A stretch of 63,483 nucleotides of DNA, taken from assembly GCF_004010195.1 (NCBI RefSeq), contig NC_057720.1, positions 2,503,002 through 2,566,484 of the forward strand, given 5' to 3'. The position numbers were made by a program, and so were the translations under genes. This stretch comes from Chiloscyllium plagiosum. Taxonomy: Eukaryota. Position 1 is the first letter of the stretch; the number at the start of each line of letters is the position of its first letter. Shown piece by piece: positions 60,040-63,483 of this stretch. The notes beneath the pieces are model-generated. The model saw only the letters and a program-made list of their open reading frames with translations. It made no database searches and was not told the origin of the DNA.

Positions 60040-60630
60040 ACTTGTATTGGTGTAGCATCCTTCACAACTGATGATGCCCAGAAATGCCGCACAGCCAATG
60101 TAATGGGTCTGAAGTGCAGTTGTAGCATTGCATGTACAACAGCCAATTTGCAACAATAATGTGATTATAACCGGATATTCTGTTTTGGTGATGTTGATGG
60201 AGTGACAAAGACTGGCATCAAAAGTAGGGAAAACATAAAGGGGCACCAACTTCTTTCTCTGAGGGTTGTGAGTCTTTGGAGCTCCTTGCCACAGAGAGCC
60301 GTGGGGGCTGAATCTCTGTGTACATTTAAAGTTAAGACAGATAGATTCTTGATCAGTCGGGCAATCAAGGGTTCCAGGGAAATGGTAGGAAAGTGGAGGT
60401 TCCAACAGCTCACTCCTGTTCTAATTTCTTATCGTCTTATGGTCTCCATTTTTCTTCGAAATAGTGCCGTGGACTCTGAGAGCATACAGAGGGTCTCTGT
60501 TCAGAAAGTCAGTCCATCCAACAGTACAGGGCTCCCTCAGTACTCCACCAGACTGATGGTCTGTGCTCTGAAGGGGTCTCAAACCTACAATCTGCTGACT
60601 CACAAGTGAGTGCCGCTGAGCCACAGCTGA
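60040..60630 (-). mobile_element. DeuSINE-like SINE interrupted by a CR1 tail; carries one copy of the 33-bp minisatellite seed
   Basis: aacagccaatttgca...cttcgaaatagtgccgtgg...ccaacagtacagggctccctcagtact...ctgagccacagctga. Confidence 0.55.
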
Positions 60631-61227
60631 GAGAGAGAAAGAGAGATTGAGAGAAGGCAGTCCCAGACTTTACAGCATTCATGACTGAAGGCATGGCCTG
60701 TAATAGTGAGACTGATTGAACTCAGAGATTCAGAGGAGGCCAGATTTGGAGGCTACGCAGACATTTCAGAGCACTGCAGAGCTGGAAGAAACATAGACTG
60801 GACGTGCTGAATACCTGATCCAAACCTTTCAATTCTGCCAATGGGCTGTTTCTGTGCTTGTTACTGAGGTCCAATGAAAGGGCCTATTGTTACCCTGAGT
60901 TGATTTATTGCCTTGCTTGAAAATAGGTAACCGTATGCTTTTGGCTTGTAATTTGGTGAGCACCTCCTTCATAATGATGGACAGCACTTTACTCTGACCT
61001 TTACTGAACGCCCCTGAAGTAAAGAATAGCTGGTGGTTACAAAAAAGAAGATAGATAGATTAAGAGACAGCTGTAACATGTTTAAAAGAAATCCAATATT
61101 ACCTGGGTATGGGCTCTTGTGTCCCTACCTCTGAGTCAGGAGGCCTGGGTTCAAGCCCCACCTGCCCCGGAAGGGTGTCATGACATTTCTGAACAGTTTG
61201 GTGAGAAAAATATTCATTATAAAGGTT

Positions 61228-61560
61228 TCATAGAACCCCTACAGTGTGGAAACAGGCCATTTGACCCAACAATTCCATACTAACCCTCTAAAGCGCATCC
61301 CACCCAGACCCATCGCCCTACCCTATATTTCCCACAGCTGACACACCTAACTTACACATCCCTAGACATTACGGGGCAATTTCCCATTGGTCAATCCATC
61401 TAACCTGCACATCATTGGACTGTGGGAGGAAACTGGAGGAAATTCATGCAGACATGGGGGAAAACTGTGCAAACTCCACACAGACAGTCGCCTGAGGCTG
61501 GAAACAAACCCAAGTCCCTGACGCTGTGAGGCAGCAGTGCTAACCACTGTGTCACTGTGC
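61228..61560 (-). mobile_element. HE1 SINE
   Basis: HE1 motifs in reverse. Confidence 0.87.
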
Positions 61561-61913
61561 TCGATGGAATTGGATTATTATCTGAAAAGGGAGAATGTGC
61601 AGCATACTATAAGAAGGCAGGCTATCCTTAGAGAACTAGTACATAAATGATAGGCAGAATGGCTTCCTGTGCTGCAACAAAACTGTGACTCTGACTATAT
61701 ACAGTGAGAAAGGTCACCAGAAAAAACTGAAATCCCTTAAAGGATCGAAGCAAGTGAACAGGAATTTCTGACCACAATTAAAATGCTTCCTTCATGATCA
61801 TATTTGCTGAGAGAGTGAGTTGTGTCATGTCCATCACGGAACACAAGCAGCCTCATGTGTGTGGGCATCCCAGACACGTTTAAAAGCTTAACGTCAACAA
61901 ATCATTGGAATAG

Positions 61914-62021
61914 ATTAGAGTGGTGCTGGAAAAGCACAGTAGGTCAGGCAGCATCCGAGGAGCAGGAAAATCGACGTTTCGGGCAAAAGCCCTTCAGGAA
62001 TTCCAGGCCTTGTTTTTACCT
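61914..62021 (-). mobile_element. PLE family A insertion
   Basis: ...aatcgacgtttcgggcaaaagcccttcaggaattcc; TSD aaatcattggaatag at 61899-61913 and 62022-62036. Confidence 0.88.
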
Positions 62022-62479
62022 AAATCATTGGAATAGGTCAGTTTGCTGTTGCAGGGAACCGCATTGTATCTGCAGGTCAGCAACTTAACCCCTTCAACTA
62101 CCAGCTCAAAATGTTTGTGTCCACAATGTTGCAGGAAGATGCATGTTGGCAGAGAATGATAACAGGGAGAGGACAAGCAATCAGATTGAAGGAAAATTTG
62201 CAAATGATGTCAATGATACTCCCTTACTGAATGGCTGATTTTCAGGACCAGAGAGGTTTATTGTAAGTCATGACTAATTATCTGTGGTGATTGCAGTTTG
62301 ATTCTATAATAACAAAGTCACAACATTGAATTGAGGTCAGTAGCAAGGCAAGTGGTGAGATGAAGTCTCTGCAAAGCTAACAGCAGAACAGCTTGGACAA
62401 ACACACTCTCAATATTCAAATTTTGCCGTAATGTGTGTATCCCCCCACTGTCTATAATCACTGACCTTGGATCCCATTA

Positions 62480-62850
62480 AGACTATAAGAATACCGAAAC
62501 TAGGAGCAGGAGTAGACCATCTGGCCCATTGAGCCTGCTCCATCATTCAGTAAGATCATGGACTCAGCTCCACTTAATTGCCTGCTCGTCATAACCCTTA
62601 ATTCCTTTACTGTTCAAAACTCCAGCTATCTTTGCCTTAAAAACATCCAACAAGGTAGCCTCAACAGATTCACAACTCTTTGGGTGAAGAAGTTCCTCCT
62701 CAACTCAGTCCTAAACCTTATTTTGACGCTATGCCTCCTAGTTCTAGTTTCACCTATCAGTAGAAACATTCTCCCTGCTTCTATCTTATCCATTCTCTTA
62801 ATAATTTTATGTTTCTGTAAGATCCCTCCTCATTCCTCTAAATTCCAATG
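62480..62850 (-). mobile_element. CR1 LINE 3' end
   Basis: ctttgggtgaagaagttcctcctcaactcagtcctaaa...cctctaaattccaatgagta. Confidence 0.8.
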
Positions 62851-62990
62851 AGTAATGCCCCAGCATTATTCTGACAGCTATTTCTGAGCCACCATTTCTG
62901 AGGCATGAACAAATGAACAAGGAGCAGGAGTAGGCTATGTTATTTTAAATCAAACCTATACAAAGTAATAAAGTAATTAACTAAGCAGAG

Positions 62991-63483
62991 ATGGCTGGGC
63001 AGGTGATGTGCTGTTGCTGTATGATGTGGGAGCTGGCTGATCCCATTGTGAACGGCAGTGACCACATCTGCAGCAAGTGTTGGTTGCTGGAAGAACTCCG
63101 GCTCAGAGTTGATGATCTGGAATCTGAGCTTCAAACACTGCGGCACATCCGGGAGGGGGAGAGTTACCTGGACACTTTGTTTCAGGAGGCAGTCACACCT
63201 GGGAGATTAAGTAATTCACATTCAGTTAGTGATCAGGGACATCAGAGTGTGACTGTAAGTGAGGCAGGTAAGGGGGAACCGCAGGAGTGCAGGAGCCTCA
63301 GCCCTTGACCTTGTCCAACAGATATGAGATTCTTGCTCCCTGTACGGATGAGGAAAAGGGCACTGGACAGGATGAGCCAGCTGACCACGGCACCATGGTG
63401 CAGAAGACCATTCAAGAGGGGGGAGCAAAAAGACAAGTAGTTGTTATAGGGGATTGTATAATTAGGGGGACAGATAGTATCCT
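62991..63483 (+). pseudogene. CR1 LINE ORF1 (zinc finger/leucine zipper plus start of SGNH esterase), frameshifted, runs off the window
   Basis: MAGQVMCCCCMMWE..HICSKCWLLEELRLRVDDLESELQTLRHIREGESYLD; after the frameshift EPQPLTLSNRYEILAP...RQVVVIGDCIIRGTDSI (GDS motif). Confidence 0.88.

Overview
Repeat-rich vertebrate DNA, almost certainly from a shark. It carries many HE1/V-SINE tRNA-derived SINEs and HER1/CR1 LINE fragments; the repeat style suggests a carpet/bamboo shark, but this is inference. I recognise no intact host protein-coding exon. A CpG-enriched promoter with a probable first exon (donor at 28094, + strand) sits mid-window, so 28-63 kb is probably a long first intron. The dominant unusual signal is about 25 Penelope-like element (PLE) insertions from at least four families. 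Their termini carry minimal type-I hammerhead ribozyme motifs (CUGANGA-stem II-GAAA-palindromic stem III). They include a TSD-flanked LTR-ORF-LTR Poseidon-type element with a hammerhead in each repeat, fold-back insertions (one a perfect 188-bp palindrome), and insertions flanked by 122-158 bp target duplications. Their 5' ends cluster at an inferred TATA/Inr start site immediately upstream of the ribozyme. Also present: a decayed histone H2B retrocopy, SINE-seeded and transposon-seeded minisatellites, a Tigger relic, a Rex1/Babar LINE and a CR1 ORF1. Family names come from recognition, not database search, and boundaries of old repeats are approximate.
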